In this document: positions 1-8,230 of the stretch, piece by piece | Layout: every line of letters begins with the position of its first letter | Numbering within the stretch: position 1 is the first letter of the stretch | Assembly: GCA_036373995.1 (NCBI GenBank) | Contig: DASUUP010000373.1 | Span: 6,488-70,487 of the forward strand | From: Acidimicrobiia bacterium | Lineage (GTDB): Bacteria; Actinomycetota; Acidimicrobiia; Spongiisociales; ZC4RG35 | Direction: 5' to 3' | DNA length: 64,000 bases | Translations under genes and position numbers: made by a program | Notes under the pieces: generated by a model | The model's database searches: none | Told to the model about the DNA's origin: nothing | The model's input: only the letters and a program-made list of their open reading frames with translations

Positions 1-1053
1 GAAGTCCCCGAGTTCCATCGCATCACCGGGCTTCGCTCGTACGCCGGCGACGACCTGATGATCGAGATGCCCTGGCCCGACCACAGCCGGTTCCCCAACT
101 GGGGTGGTGTGATCCGGCGGCGCGATCTGGACCAGCAGGTGGCCCGGCTCGCCGAGAAGGAAGGTGTTCGGGTTCGGGAGAAGACCAGCGCCAAGCCAGT
201 CATCGAGGACGGGCGACTCACCTCGGTCGCCCTCTCCGACGGCGGCGGCGAGGAGGTGATCGCCCCCGATATCACGATCATCGCAGACGGTTCGATGAAT
301 CGCTTCGGGCGCGAACTGGGAAGCGAGCGACGCCGTGACTACCCGCTGGGGATGGCCGCCCGGGGTTATTACTCGTCACCCCGATCCGAGGATCCTTTCC
401 TGGAGAGCCAGCTCGACCTCCGTGATGCGAACGGCAACACCATGCCGGGGTACGGGTGGGTGTTTCCCCTCGGCGACGGCACCGTGAACGTCGGTGTCGG
501 CCTCCTCTCCACATTCCGCCACTGGAAGGACGTCAACACCACGAACATGATGAAGGACTACGTGACGACGGCGCCCGGGTACTGGGGTCTGAGCGAGGAG
601 GCCAAGCTGTCCAAGCCGATGGGCGGCAAGCTCACCATGTCGTACTCCAAGGGGCCGCTCGTGGGCCACAACTGGCTCACGGTCGGGGATGCCGCCGGCG
701 CCATCAACCCCTGGAACGGGGAGGGTATCTCCTACGCCTACGAGACCGGTCGAATCGCCGCCGAGTACGTGGGGCAAGCCATCGGAGCCGACGACTTCGG
801 GCTCCTCAGACGCTACCCGCAGCGTCTCTCCGACGAATACGGCCTCTATTACAAGATGGCCCGGATCTTCGTGAAGCTGATCGGCTACCCCTCTGTCATG
901 CGAACCTTGGCCCACACCGGCATGCGCAACCGACCGCTCATGGAGTGGACCCTGAAGGTGATGGCGAACCTCCTCGACGAGGACGACAAGCACATGGGCG
1001 AGCGCACCTACGACGCCCTCGCCGCAGTCGTTCGCACCCTTCCCGTCAAGTAA
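1..1053 (+). CDS. geranylgeranyl reductase family FAD-dependent oxidoreductase (MenJ-like), 5'-partial (frame open to window edge)
   Basis: Frame 1 has no stop from nt 1 to TAA 1051-1053; C-terminal region motifs (GYGWVFPLGDGTVNVGVG; LTVGDAAGAINPWNGEGISYA) typical of geranylgeranyl reductase family; position immediately upstream of nuo operon as in many actinobacteria. Confidence 0.6.
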   Translation, partial: EVPEFHRITGLRSYAGDDLMIEMPWPDHSRFPNWGGVIRRRDLDQQVARLAEKEGVRVREKTSAKPVIEDGRLTSVALSDGGGEEVIAPDITIIADGSMNRFGRELGSERRRDYPLGMAARGYYSSPRSEDPFLESQLDLRDANGNTMPGYGWVFPLGDGTVNVGVGLLSTFRHWKDVNTTNMMKDYVTTAPGYWGLSEEAKLSKPMGGKLTMSYSKGPLVGHNWLTVGDAAGAINPWNGEGISYAYETGRIAAEYVGQAIGADDFGLLRRYPQRLSDEYGLYYKMARIFVKLIGYPSVMRTLAHTGMRNRPLMEWTLKVMANLLDEDDKHMGERTYDALAAVVRTLPVK

Positions 1054-1075
1054 GACACACGTACTATGAGGAGGC

Positions 1076-1747
1076 ATGGGTGGCCCCAGCCTCATCGTCT
1101 TCGACGTCAACGAGACTCTCCTCGATCTGGAGCCGATCAAGATCAACCTCGAGGAGATCTTCGGGACGGACCCGCCGCTGGGGGAATGGTTCGCCAGACT
1201 CCTCCATGGATCGCTCGTTGCCAACACGCTGGGCCAATACCGGCCCTTCGGTGATATCGCTGCCGAGGTGCTGATCAACATGGCGGGAAGACGCGGCCTC
1301 CTGCTCCGGGCGGAGGACGCGCGCGAGGCGCTGGCGGCGATGAGCCGGCTGCCACCTCACCCGGACGTGGTCCCAGGATTGGAGAGGCTGGCCGCTGCGG
1401 GAAAGCGCATGGTGGCGCTCACCAACGGCAGCAGCGGGGTGGCGAACGCCCAGATCCAGCATGCCGGTCTGGCCGAATACCTGGAGAAAGTGATATCGGT
1501 GGACGAGGTTGGAGTGTTCAAGCCCGATCCCGCCCCATATCGGCACACGGCCGATCTGATGGGCGTCGCCATCGAGGACATGGTCCTCGTGGCAGCTCAC
1601 GATTGGGACTGCGCCGGTGCGATGTCGGCGGGAGCCGAGGCCGTGTTCGTGAAACGCCCCGGTGCGGTTTGGGGCCTTCCCACACCGCCACCCGAGCGAC
1701 AGGTCTCCACCATCGAGCAACTGGCGGCCGCCATGGGCGCCGCCTGA
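1076..1747 (+). CDS. HAD-superfamily hydrolase (haloacid dehalogenase type II-like)
   Basis: 223-aa ORF; N-terminal DxN/D motif (LIVFDVNETLLD), conserved Thr/Asn block (VALTNGS), and C-terminal Asp block (AAHDWD) of HAD fold; AGGAGG-like RBS (gaggaggc) upstream. Confidence 0.6.
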   Translation: MGGPSLIVFDVNETLLDLEPIKINLEEIFGTDPPLGEWFARLLHGSLVANTLGQYRPFGDIAAEVLINMAGRRGLLLRAEDAREALAAMSRLPPHPDVVPGLERLAAAGKRMVALTNGSSGVANAQIQHAGLAEYLEKVISVDEVGVFKPDPAPYRHTADLMGVAIEDMVLVAAHDWDCAGAMSAGAEAVFVKRPGAVWGLPTPPPERQVSTIEQLAAAMGAA

Positions 1748-1782
1748 CGAAATCAGGTTGCAGAACAATTAGACCGTTCTGC
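1746..1782 (+). other. copy 1 of conserved 21-nt box + hairpin motif (GACGAAATCAGGTTGCAGAAC-AATTAGACC-GTTCTGC) overlapping HAD-hydrolase stop codon
   Basis: Perfect 7-bp stem with 9-nt loop; second GTTCTG 10 nt downstream. Confidence 0.4.
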
Positions 1783-1899
1783 CTGAAACCGTTCTGTGCG
1801 GATCTTTGGCAACAGAGTCGCCGGAAACCCGCGCAGAGTATTCACGCGAAGCCACGAAGGGCACCTATCAGTGGGACCTTTGGGGTCTGCAGTCTCGTG

Positions 1900-3087
1900 T
1901 CAGGACAGGGCGGCGAGCACCTCCAGGGCCCGGTCGACCTCATCGGCGGTGTTGTAGTGCACGAAGCCGATGCGAGCGAGACCGCCCTGTTCCAGCACTC
2001 CGAGACGATCCATCACATTGACCGCGTAGTAGTGCCCGGACCAGACATAGATACCGGCGTCCGCCATACGGCGAGCCACCTGATCGGGATGAGAGCCTTC
2101 GACGTCGATGGCGAAGGTGGCGACCCGGTCATCGTCCATCGTCCTCGGCCCGTGCAGCCTGATATGTCCCATTCCGTCGATCCCGTCGAGGAACCGTTGA
2201 CCCAGCATCGTTTCGTGCGCTGCGATCCGGTCGCTTCCAAGCAACCGCAAATACTCGGCAGCTGCCCTGACTCCGGCGAGAGACTCGAAGCTCTGGGTGC
2301 CGGTTTCCCATCTCCCGGGCGGGTCCGATGGCGCCGGCCGCACCTTGTAGGCCTCGATCGTGCCCATTTGCTCCGGGACTCCGTAGAGGATCCCGGTGTG
2401 CGGCCCGAAGAACTTGTAGGCCGAAGCCACCAGGAAGTCGCATGCCAGTGCCTCGACATCGATGCGAAGGTGGGGTGCGGCATGAACCGCGTCGACGTAG
2501 ACCAGCGCACCCACCTGGTGAGCGGCCTCGCTGACGGCTGCAACATCGACCACGGAGCCCAGTGCGTTCGAGGCGAGACAGACCGCGACCAGCCGCACCC
2601 GTTCGTCGATCAGCTCAGCGACACGGTCCGGGTCGAGGAGCCCCGTATCGGGGTCGAACTCGGCGACGCGCACCTCGACTCCCGCGTCCCTGGCAGCCAG
2701 AGCCCATGGTGTGAAGTTGGCGTCGTGGTCGAGAGACGTGAGAACGACGGCGTCACCCTCACGCCACGTGGCACCGAGTGCCCGGCTCATGGAGAAGGTG
2801 AGACTCGTCATGTTCTGACCGAAAGAGATCGTCGAGGCGTCGGTGCCGAGCATGAGGCCCATCGCCGCACGGGCTTCGGCTGTGATGCTCGCCGCATCAT
2901 CCGACGCGCCAAAGCCCCCGCCGAGATTGCTGACACCTCGCTCCAACACAGCCGCCATCGCCGAGATCACCGACTTCGGAGTCTGAGAGCCCCCGGGCCC
3001 GTCCAGATACGCCGCCGTCCTGGGCCCTTCCAGCCTGGTGAGCGCGGGGAACTGTGATCGGACCTGGTCTATGTCGAAGTCAGTCAT
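1900..3087 (-). CDS. class V aminotransferase / cysteine desulfurase (SufS/CsdA-like) family protein
   Basis: 395-aa ORF; PLP-lysine context (ASAYKFFGPHTGILYG), overall aminotransferase class V architecture; good GC3 codon bias; long + strand ORF 1603..3057 opposite is antisense artefact. Confidence 0.7.
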   Translation of the reverse strand: MTDFDIDQVRSQFPALTRLEGPRTAAYLDGPGGSQTPKSVISAMAAVLERGVSNLGGGFGASDDAASITAEARAAMGLMLGTDASTISFGQNMTSLTFSMSRALGATWREGDAVVLTSLDHDANFTPWALAARDAGVEVRVAEFDPDTGLLDPDRVAELIDERVRLVAVCLASNALGSVVDVAAVSEAAHQVGALVYVDAVHAAPHLRIDVEALACDFLVASAYKFFGPHTGILYGVPEQMGTIEAYKVRPAPSDPPGRWETGTQSFESLAGVRAAAEYLRLLGSDRIAAHETMLGQRFLDGIDGMGHIRLHGPRTMDDDRVATFAIDVEGSHPDQVARRMADAGIYVWSGHYYAVNVMDRLGVLEQGGLARIGFVHYNTADEVDRALEVLAALS

Positions 3088-3140
3088 CGTCCAGCACGAT
3101 AAGGCTCGCAGTTCACTGATTACCTCACCAGCTGAGAGAG

Positions 3141-3150
3141 CCCTATTCTC
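3141..3150 (+). promoter_or_regulatory. candidate -10 region (CCCTATTCTC; TATTCT) placing TSS at/adjacent to nuoA GTG start = leaderless nuoA transcript
   Basis: TATTCT hexamer 3144-3149 ends 7 nt before GTG 3157; identical 10-mer recurs at 6079-6088 upstream of nuoE. Confidence 0.35.
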
Positions 3151-3156
3151 AGAAAC

Positions 3157-3582
3157 GTGACTCTCGCCGACTACGCACCGATCCTGGTGATGCTGGTTCT
3201 GGCAACCGGTTTCGTCGCCGTCTCTCTCGTGGTGTCACGTTTCTTCCGCCCCGACCAGCCCACACCCGAGAAACTCGCCCCGTATGAGTGCGGGATCATC
3301 CCCGAGGTCGAGCCGTCGCAACGCTTTCCCGTCAAGTTCTATCTGGTGGCCATGCTCTTCGTCATCTTCGACGTGGAGATCATCTTTCTCTTCGCGTGGG
3401 CCTCGATCTGGGACCAGCTCGGGTGGTACGGGGTGGCTGCGATGTTGATATTCACGTTCTTCGTCATCGAAACCCTCCTGTACGTCTGGAAGCGCGGCGC
3501 CCTCGACTGGAACGTCCACCGCCGGGCCCGCTACATCCATGTCGACGAAATCGTCTCACCCGAAGTCGGGGAGGCGGCGTAG
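3157..3582 (+). CDS. nuoA: NADH-quinone oxidoreductase subunit A
   Basis: 141 aa, 3 TM; conserved YECG(I/F)..[18 protein letters not shown] motif; GTG start; first gene of nuoA-N array. Confidence 0.9.
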   Translation: MTLADYAPILVMLVLATGFVAVSLVVSRFFRPDQPTPEKLAPYECGIIPEVEPSQRFPVKFYLVAMLFVIFDVEIIFLFAWASIWDQLGWYGVAAMLIFTFFVIETLLYVWKRGALDWNVHRRARYIHVDEIVSPEVGEAA

Positions 3583-3586
3583 GGAA

Positions 3587-4051
3587 ATGGCGACCACGCC
3601 ACCGGGCAACCTGCTCATGACGACGGTCGGCAAGGCCGCCAACTGGGCGAGAACCCGCTCGATGTTCCCTGCAACCTTTGGTCTTGCGTGCTGCGCAATC
3701 GAGATGATGGCCACCGGTGCGGCTCACTACGACCTGGCTCGCTTCGGCATGGAGGTCTTCCGGGCCTCGCCCCGTCAGGCCGATCTGATGATCGTGGCCG
3801 GCCGGGTCAGCCAGAAGATGGCTCCGGTCTTGCGCCAGGTGTATGACCAGATGCCGGAGCCAAAGTGGGTGATCTCGATGGGTGCGTGCGCCAGCACCGG
3901 TGGGATGTTCAACAATTACGCCCTCGTACAGGGAGTCGACCAGGTAGTGCCGGTCGACATCTATGTTCCCGGCTGCCCGCCGGGGCCGCAGAGCCTGATG
4001 CATGGCATCCTCAATCTCCACGACAAGATCATGTCCGGGGAGATCGTGTGA
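3587..4051 (+). CDS. nuoB: NADH-quinone oxidoreductase subunit B (N2 Fe-S)
   Basis: Start re-set to ATG 3587 (4 nt after nuoA stop; GGAGG at ~3570); conserved [25 protein letters not shown] cluster ligands; track ORF 3539 is 5'-over-extended into nuoA. Confidence 0.9.
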   Translation: MATTPPGNLLMTTVGKAANWARTRSMFPATFGLACCAIEMMATGAAHYDLARFGMEVFRASPRQADLMIVAGRVSQKMAPVLRQVYDQMPEPKWVISMGACASTGGMFNNYALVQGVDQVVPVDIYVPGCPPGPQSLMHGILNLHDKIMSGEIV

Positions 4052-4059
4052 TGACGTCT

Positions 4060-4096
4060 GATGCGATCAGGTTGCAGAACGGTGAGATCGTTGTGC
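4060..4096 (+). other. copy 2 of conserved 21-nt box + hairpin motif (GATGCGATCAGGTTGCAGAAC-N9-GTTGTGC) in nuoB-nuoC spacer
   Basis: Seen directly; aligns with copies at 1746-1782 and 6106-6143; additional direct repeat GATGCGATC at 4060-4068 and 4104-4112. Confidence 0.4.
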
Positions 4097-4127
4097 CCAA
4101 ATCGATGCGATCGGAGGGCGTTGGCCC

Positions 4128-4601
4128 ATGAGCCCGATCCTCGAAGGTTTGGCCGAAGCGTTCGAGTCGGTGTCCTGGGAAGAGTCGCACGGCCAGGACG
4201 TGGCCCGGGTGCCCGCAGAGGTCTGGCTCGAGTTCGCCACCGCCGCCAAGGAAAACGGTTTCGAGGTCTGTGTCGACGTGACCGCGGTCGACTGGCTTCG
4301 GTCCCGGCCCGAGCGGTATGAGGTGGTCGCCAGTCTGTTGTCGATGGAGAAGAAGACCCGACTGCGTATGATCACGACCGTGGGACGGGAGGAACCGACG
4401 GTTGCCTCACTGACCCGGTTGTGGCCCGGAGCCGGCTTTGCCGAGCGCGAGGCCTACGACATGTTCGGAATCGTCTTCGACGGCCATCCTGACCTCACGC
4501 GGATTCTCATGCCCGACGATTGGGAGGGCCATCCGCTCCGCAAGGACTTCGGGGTCGGAATGGTCCCGGTTCAGTTCAAAGCCTCTCATCGGGTGGACTG
4601 A
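4128..4601 (+). CDS. nuoC: NADH-quinone oxidoreductase subunit C (30 kDa)
   Basis: 157 aa; conserved ..ERE(A/V)YDMFGIxFxGHPDLxRIL..DxxGHPLRKDF; in-frame stops at 4059 and 4083 exclude a longer N-terminus; GGAGGG RBS 4113-4118. Confidence 0.85.
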   Translation: MSPILEGLAEAFESVSWEESHGQDVARVPAEVWLEFATAAKENGFEVCVDVTAVDWLRSRPERYEVVASLLSMEKKTRLRMITTVGREEPTVASLTRLWPGAGFAEREAYDMFGIVFDGHPDLTRILMPDDWEGHPLRKDFGVGMVPVQFKASHRVD

Positions 4602-4602
4602 C

Positions 4603-5949
4603 ATGACCGACGAGAAGACGACCGAGACCGTCGACATCTGGGTTGCAGGCACCGAGGAGCCCCAGTTCCACCCGACCGACGAGGGCACCCAGGAGTTTGG
4701 CCCGGACGAGTCGGAGTATCGCCTCGCCGACCAGTTCGGCCGGGTGATCACCGACGACTATGTGTTCGACGACGAAGTCGGAGAGGACGAGCGCATGGTG
4801 GTCAACATGGGGCCCCAGCACCCGTCCACCCATGGCGTGCTTCGTCTCCAGCTCGAACTGGAGGGCGAGGTCATCCGCCGAACCAAGCCGATCATCGGGT
4901 ATCTCCACACGGGTATGGAGAAGACGGCGGAGCAGCTGACCTTCTCCCAGGGGCCCACCAACGTGACCCGCATGGACTATCTGGCCCCGATGCACGAGGA
5001 GTTGGCGTTCTCTCTGGCTGTTGAACGTCTCCTCGACGTCGAGGTACCGCCCCGAGCTGCGGCCATCCGAGTTCTGATGACCGAGCTCAACCGCATCTCA
5101 TCCCACCTGGTCGCCCTGGCTACCAATGGCATGGACATCGGAGCCTTGTCGATGATGATCTACGGGTTCCGCGAGCGGGAGGCGATCCTCGCCTTCTTCG
5201 AGAAGAACACCGGTCTGCGGATGAACCACAACTTCATCCGGCCCGGGGGCACCGCTGCGGACCTGGCACCCGGGTGGAAGGACGACGTGGCTGCGATCCT
5301 CGAAGAGCTTCCCAGACGCCTCGACGAGTACGACGACTTGCTCCGTGAGAACCCGATCTGGATGGCCCGCACCCAGGGAGTCGGGGTCATAACGGCAGAG
5401 GAAGCCATCGCCTATTCGATCACCGGCCCCGCCCTGCGCGCCGCCGGGGTCGACTGGGACCTTCGCAAGGAGTTCCCCTACTCGGGCATCGACCAGTACG
5501 AGTTCGAGGTCCCGATCGGGGAGAACGGTGACGTGTACGACCGCTATCGAGTCCGCATCGAGGAGATCCATGAGTCGTTGAAGATCGTGGAGCAGGTGAT
5601 GGACAGCATGCCCAGAGGGGACTACCGCGTCGCCGACCGCAAGATCACCCCACCGCCTCGGGCTCGTATCGACGAGTCGATGGAAGCCTTGATCCACCAC
5701 TTCAAGCTGTTCACCGAGGGCTTCAAGGTCCCTCCGGGCGAGACCTACGTCGCCGTCGAGTCCCCACGGGGCGAATTGGGTTGTTATCTGGTGTCCGACG
5801 GTGGAGCGAAGCCATATCGCATGCACAATCGCGCACCGTCGTTCTACAACCTCCAGGGTCTGCCCATCGCCATGTCGGACAGCCTCGTCGCGGACACCGT
5901 CGCCACCATCGCCTCGATGGATCCGGTGATGGGGGACGTCGATCGATGA
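4603..5949 (+). CDS. nuoD: NADH-quinone oxidoreductase subunit D (49 kDa), with ~60-aa acidic N-terminal extension
   Basis: ATG 4603 directly follows nuoC TGA (4599-4601); conserved NMGPQHPSTHGVLRL and C-terminal LVADTVATIASMDPVMGDVDR; track ORF 4438 over-extended into nuoC. Confidence 0.9.
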   Translation: MTDEKTTETVDIWVAGTEEPQFHPTDEGTQEFGPDESEYRLADQFGRVITDDYVFDDEVGEDERMVVNMGPQHPSTHGVLRLQLELEGEVIRRTKPIIGYLHTGMEKTAEQLTFSQGPTNVTRMDYLAPMHEELAFSLAVERLLDVEVPPRAAAIRVLMTELNRISSHLVALATNGMDIGALSMMIYGFREREAILAFFEKNTGLRMNHNFIRPGGTAADLAPGWKDDVAAILEELPRRLDEYDDLLRENPIWMARTQGVGVITAEEAIAYSITGPALRAAGVDWDLRKEFPYSGIDQYEFEVPIGENGDVYDRYRVRIEEIHESLKIVEQVMDSMPRGDYRVADRKITPPPRARIDESMEALIHHFKLFTEGFKVPPGETYVAVESPRGELGCYLVSDGGAKPYRMHNRAPSFYNLQGLPIAMSDSLVADTVATIASMDPVMGDVDR

Positions 5950-6078
5950 AAACCGGGGTGGAGGAGCGATTGCAGTCCTCTTCCACTCACTTCGCTCCGT
6001 GTGACTCGAGGGCGGCTCGATCGGTCGTGGCCGCCACGGATGACGCTTGTTCCCGGTTTCACTAGCTAGTCGCAAACT

Positions 6079-6088
6079 CCCTATTCTC
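6079..6088 (+). promoter_or_regulatory. candidate internal promoter -10 box (CCCTATTCTC) upstream of nuoE
   Basis: Exact 10-mer shared with the nuoA upstream box (3141-3150); lies in the unusually long (221 bp) nuoD-nuoE spacer. Confidence 0.3.
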
Positions 6089-6105
6089 CGCCCCCGATGA
6101 GGCCC

Positions 6106-6143
6106 GATGAAATCGGGTTGAAGCGCGACTACATCGCTCTTCA
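6106..6143 (+). other. copy 3 of conserved 21-nt box + hairpin motif (GATGAAATCGGGTTGAAGCGC-N9-GCTCTTCA) in nuoD-nuoE spacer
   Basis: Seen directly; stem bases co-vary relative to copies 1 and 2 (CAGAAC/GTTCTG -> AAGCGC/GCTCTT). Confidence 0.4.
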
Positions 6144-6170
6144 GCAGCCCGAGACAAAAGACGCTGATCT

Positions 6171-6797
6171 GTGAGTCGCTGGTCGGAGGCCACCCAAGAG
6201 CGCGCCCGCCAGATCATCTCCCGATACCCGGAGAAACGGTCTGCGGTCATGCCCCTCCTGTATCTGGCGATGGCCGAAGAGGGGCACCTGACGGATGAGG
6301 GAATGCGAGAGGTGGCCGAGTGGTGCGGTATCACTCCGGCTCAGGTGATGGCTGTCGCCAGCTTCTACACGATGTACAAGCGAGAGCCAACCGGTCGGTA
6401 TCTCGTCTCCTGCTGCACATCTATCTCGTGCATGCTGCTCGGGGGTGACGACGTCCTCCACGCCGTGGAGGACGAGTCGGGCGTCCCCCACGGCGAGACA
6501 GACGAAGAGGGCCTGCTCTCGGTCGAACACGTCGAGTGCATCGGCGCCTGTGGGGGAGCCCCCGCGGTGCAGGTCAACTACGAGCTCATCGAAGGGGTCA
6601 CCCCCGACAAGGCCCGGGAGTTGGTTCGGTGGCTGAGGAAGGCCAAGCCCGAGGTCGTCAACACCGACGAGATGCAGCAGTTGTTCGGTGGTGACCGCAG
6701 CTTCGATTGGGCCATATCAGAAGACGCAGGCGCCATCGGCCCTTATCCGGCCTTCCAACCGCTGGGAACGGCCAAGACGGAGGGCGGCTCGGCATGA
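6171..6797 (+). CDS. nuoE: NADH-quinone oxidoreductase subunit E (24 kDa, 2Fe-2S)
   Basis: 208 aa; conserved thioredoxin-like 2Fe-2S cysteines (SCCTSISC ... ECIGACGGAP); GTG start 6171. Confidence 0.9.
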   Translation: MSRWSEATQERARQIISRYPEKRSAVMPLLYLAMAEEGHLTDEGMREVAEWCGITPAQVMAVASFYTMYKREPTGRYLVSCCTSISCMLLGGDDVLHAVEDESGVPHGETDEEGLLSVEHVECIGACGGAPAVQVNYELIEGVTPDKARELVRWLRKAKPEVVNTDEMQQLFGGDRSFDWAISEDAGAIGPYPAFQPLGTAKTEGGSA

Positions 6798-8230
6798 CGC
6801 TCTTCGTCACAAAGAGGATGACCGACCACCCCAACGACTCGCACACCATCGAGCGCTACGAGGCCACCGGGGGCTACGTCGAGGCCAAACGGGCGTTGGG
6901 GATGACCCGGGACGCCCTGGTCGAGGAGGTCAAGGCATCCGGCCTGTTGGGGCGGGGTGGCGCGGCCTTCTCCGCCGGGCTGAAATGGAGCTTCCTCGCC
7001 CCGGACCGCCCCTCCTACCTGGTCGTCAACGCCGATGAGTCGGAGCCCGGGACATTCAAGGATCGACAGCTTCTGGAGCGAGATCCCCATCAGATGATCG
7101 AGGGCATCGTCATCACTGCCATCGCCAACGAGGTCCATCACGCCTTCATCTACATACGGGGCGAATACCCAAAGCCGGCTCGGCGGGTACAGAGAGCCGT
7201 CGACGACGCCTATGCCAGGGGCTATCTGGGCAAGGGAATCTTCGGCTCGGGCTACGACCTGGACGTGACCATCCACCTCGGTGGCGGTGCCTACATCTGT
7301 GGTGAGGAGACCGCCCTGATCAACTCGTTGGAAGGTCTGCGCGGAGAGCCCAGGCTGAAACCGCCCTACTTCCCGGCCGCCAAGGGCCTGTACATGAAAC
7401 CCACGATCGTCAACAACGTGGAGACAGTCTCCAACCTGCCCCACATCCTCGGCATGGGTGCCGAGGAATACTCGGGGCTGACCGACTCCGCCGACACCGG
7501 GACATTCATGATGTCCTTGTCAGGACATGTCAACAAGCCGGGCAACTACGAGCTACCTCACGGCATCACCTGGCGTGACCTGATCTACGACGTCGGTGGC
7601 GGGATGAGGGGAGGCAAAGAGCTCAAGGCCTGGATCCCGGGAGGCGCTTCCGCTCCATGGTTCATCCCTTCCGAGCACCTCGACCTCGAGATCACCAAGG
7701 ACGCCACCGCGGCGGCAGGCTCGATGCTCGGCTCCGGAGCGGTCATAGTGATGGACGAAGACACCTGCATGGTGCGGGCCGCGGAGAGGGTGGTTCGGTT
7801 CTTCTCCCACGAGTCCTGTGGTCAATGCACTCCCTGCCGCGAGGGCACCACATGGATGGAGATGATCCTGCGCCGCATCGAGGAGGGGCAGGGAAGAGCT
7901 GTCGACCTCGATCTTCTCGTCGACGTCTCCGACGGCATCAGCATCGATCTCGCCTGGCCCCCGAAGATGACCACGATCTGCCCACTGGGCCCCTCGGCGG
8001 TATCGCCGATCATCGCCCTGAGGGACTACTTCCGGGACGAGGTGCAAGAACACGTCGCCAGAGGTGGCTGCTGGTTCCCGGGAGCGATCAAATCTGGGGG
8101 GACGACCCTCCAGACCCCCCGCTCGCCAGTCGTCATCAGTGGTGTTGGTACCGGGCGATCATCCTCGGCCAAGTCGTCCGAAGGGGTTCGCCCCCCAGAA
8201 GTGATCCAGCCTGAGGCGGGTAGAGCGTGA
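6794..8230 (+). CDS. nuoF: NADH-quinone oxidoreductase subunit F (51 kDa, FMN/NADH site), with Ser/Gly/Pro-rich C-terminal tail
   Basis: ATG 6794 overlaps nuoE stop (ATGA); conserved GRGGAAF, FMN/NADH motifs, ESCGQCTPCREG 4Fe-4S motif; track ORF 6707 over-extended. Confidence 0.9.
   Translation: MTLFVTKRMTDHPNDSHTIERYEATGGYVEAKRALGMTRDALVEEVKASGLLGRGGAAFSAGLKWSFLAPDRPSYLVVNADESEPGTFKDRQLLERDPHQMIEGIVITAIANEVHHAFIYIRGEYPKPARRVQRAVDDAYARGYLGKGIFGSGYDLDVTIHLGGGAYICGEETALINSLEGLRGEPRLKPPYFPAAKGLYMKPTIVNNVETVSNLPHILGMGAEEYSGLTDSADTGTFMMSLSGHVNKPGNYELPHGITWRDLIYDVGGGMRGGKELKAWIPGGASAPWFIPSEHLDLEITKDATAAAGSMLGSGAVIVMDEDTCMVRAAERVVRFFSHESCGQCTPCREGTTWMEMILRRIEEGQGRAVDLDLLVDVSDGISIDLAWPPKMTTICPLGPSAVSPIIALRDYFRDEVQEHVARGGCWFPGAIKSGGTTLQTPRSPVVISGVGTGRSSSAKSSEGVRPPEVIQPEAGRA

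Noticed and set aside
376-1281. 301-aa minus-strand ORF and other long antisense ORFs (e.g. 10824..12161 -, 23122..24582 -, 40574..42406 -, 42120..43436 -, 57923..59434 -, 15608..16723 -)
   Set aside because: Each lies opposite a conserved, motif-bearing gene; compositions are Arg/Pro/Gly/Asp-biased; high GC content suppresses stop codons on all frames
1603-3057. 484-aa plus-strand ORF
   Set aside because: Antisense to the well-supported class-V aminotransferase gene (1900..3087 -); Arg/Gly/Pro-rich translation typical of GC-driven spurious ORFs
1746-6143. Interpretation of the 7-N9-7 inverted repeats as Rex (redox repressor) operators of the nuo operon
   Set aside because: Actinobacterial Rex sites are TTGTGAA-N4-TTCACAA; these repeats have different half-sites, a 9-nt spacer, and co-varying arms that a sequence-specific protein site would not tolerate
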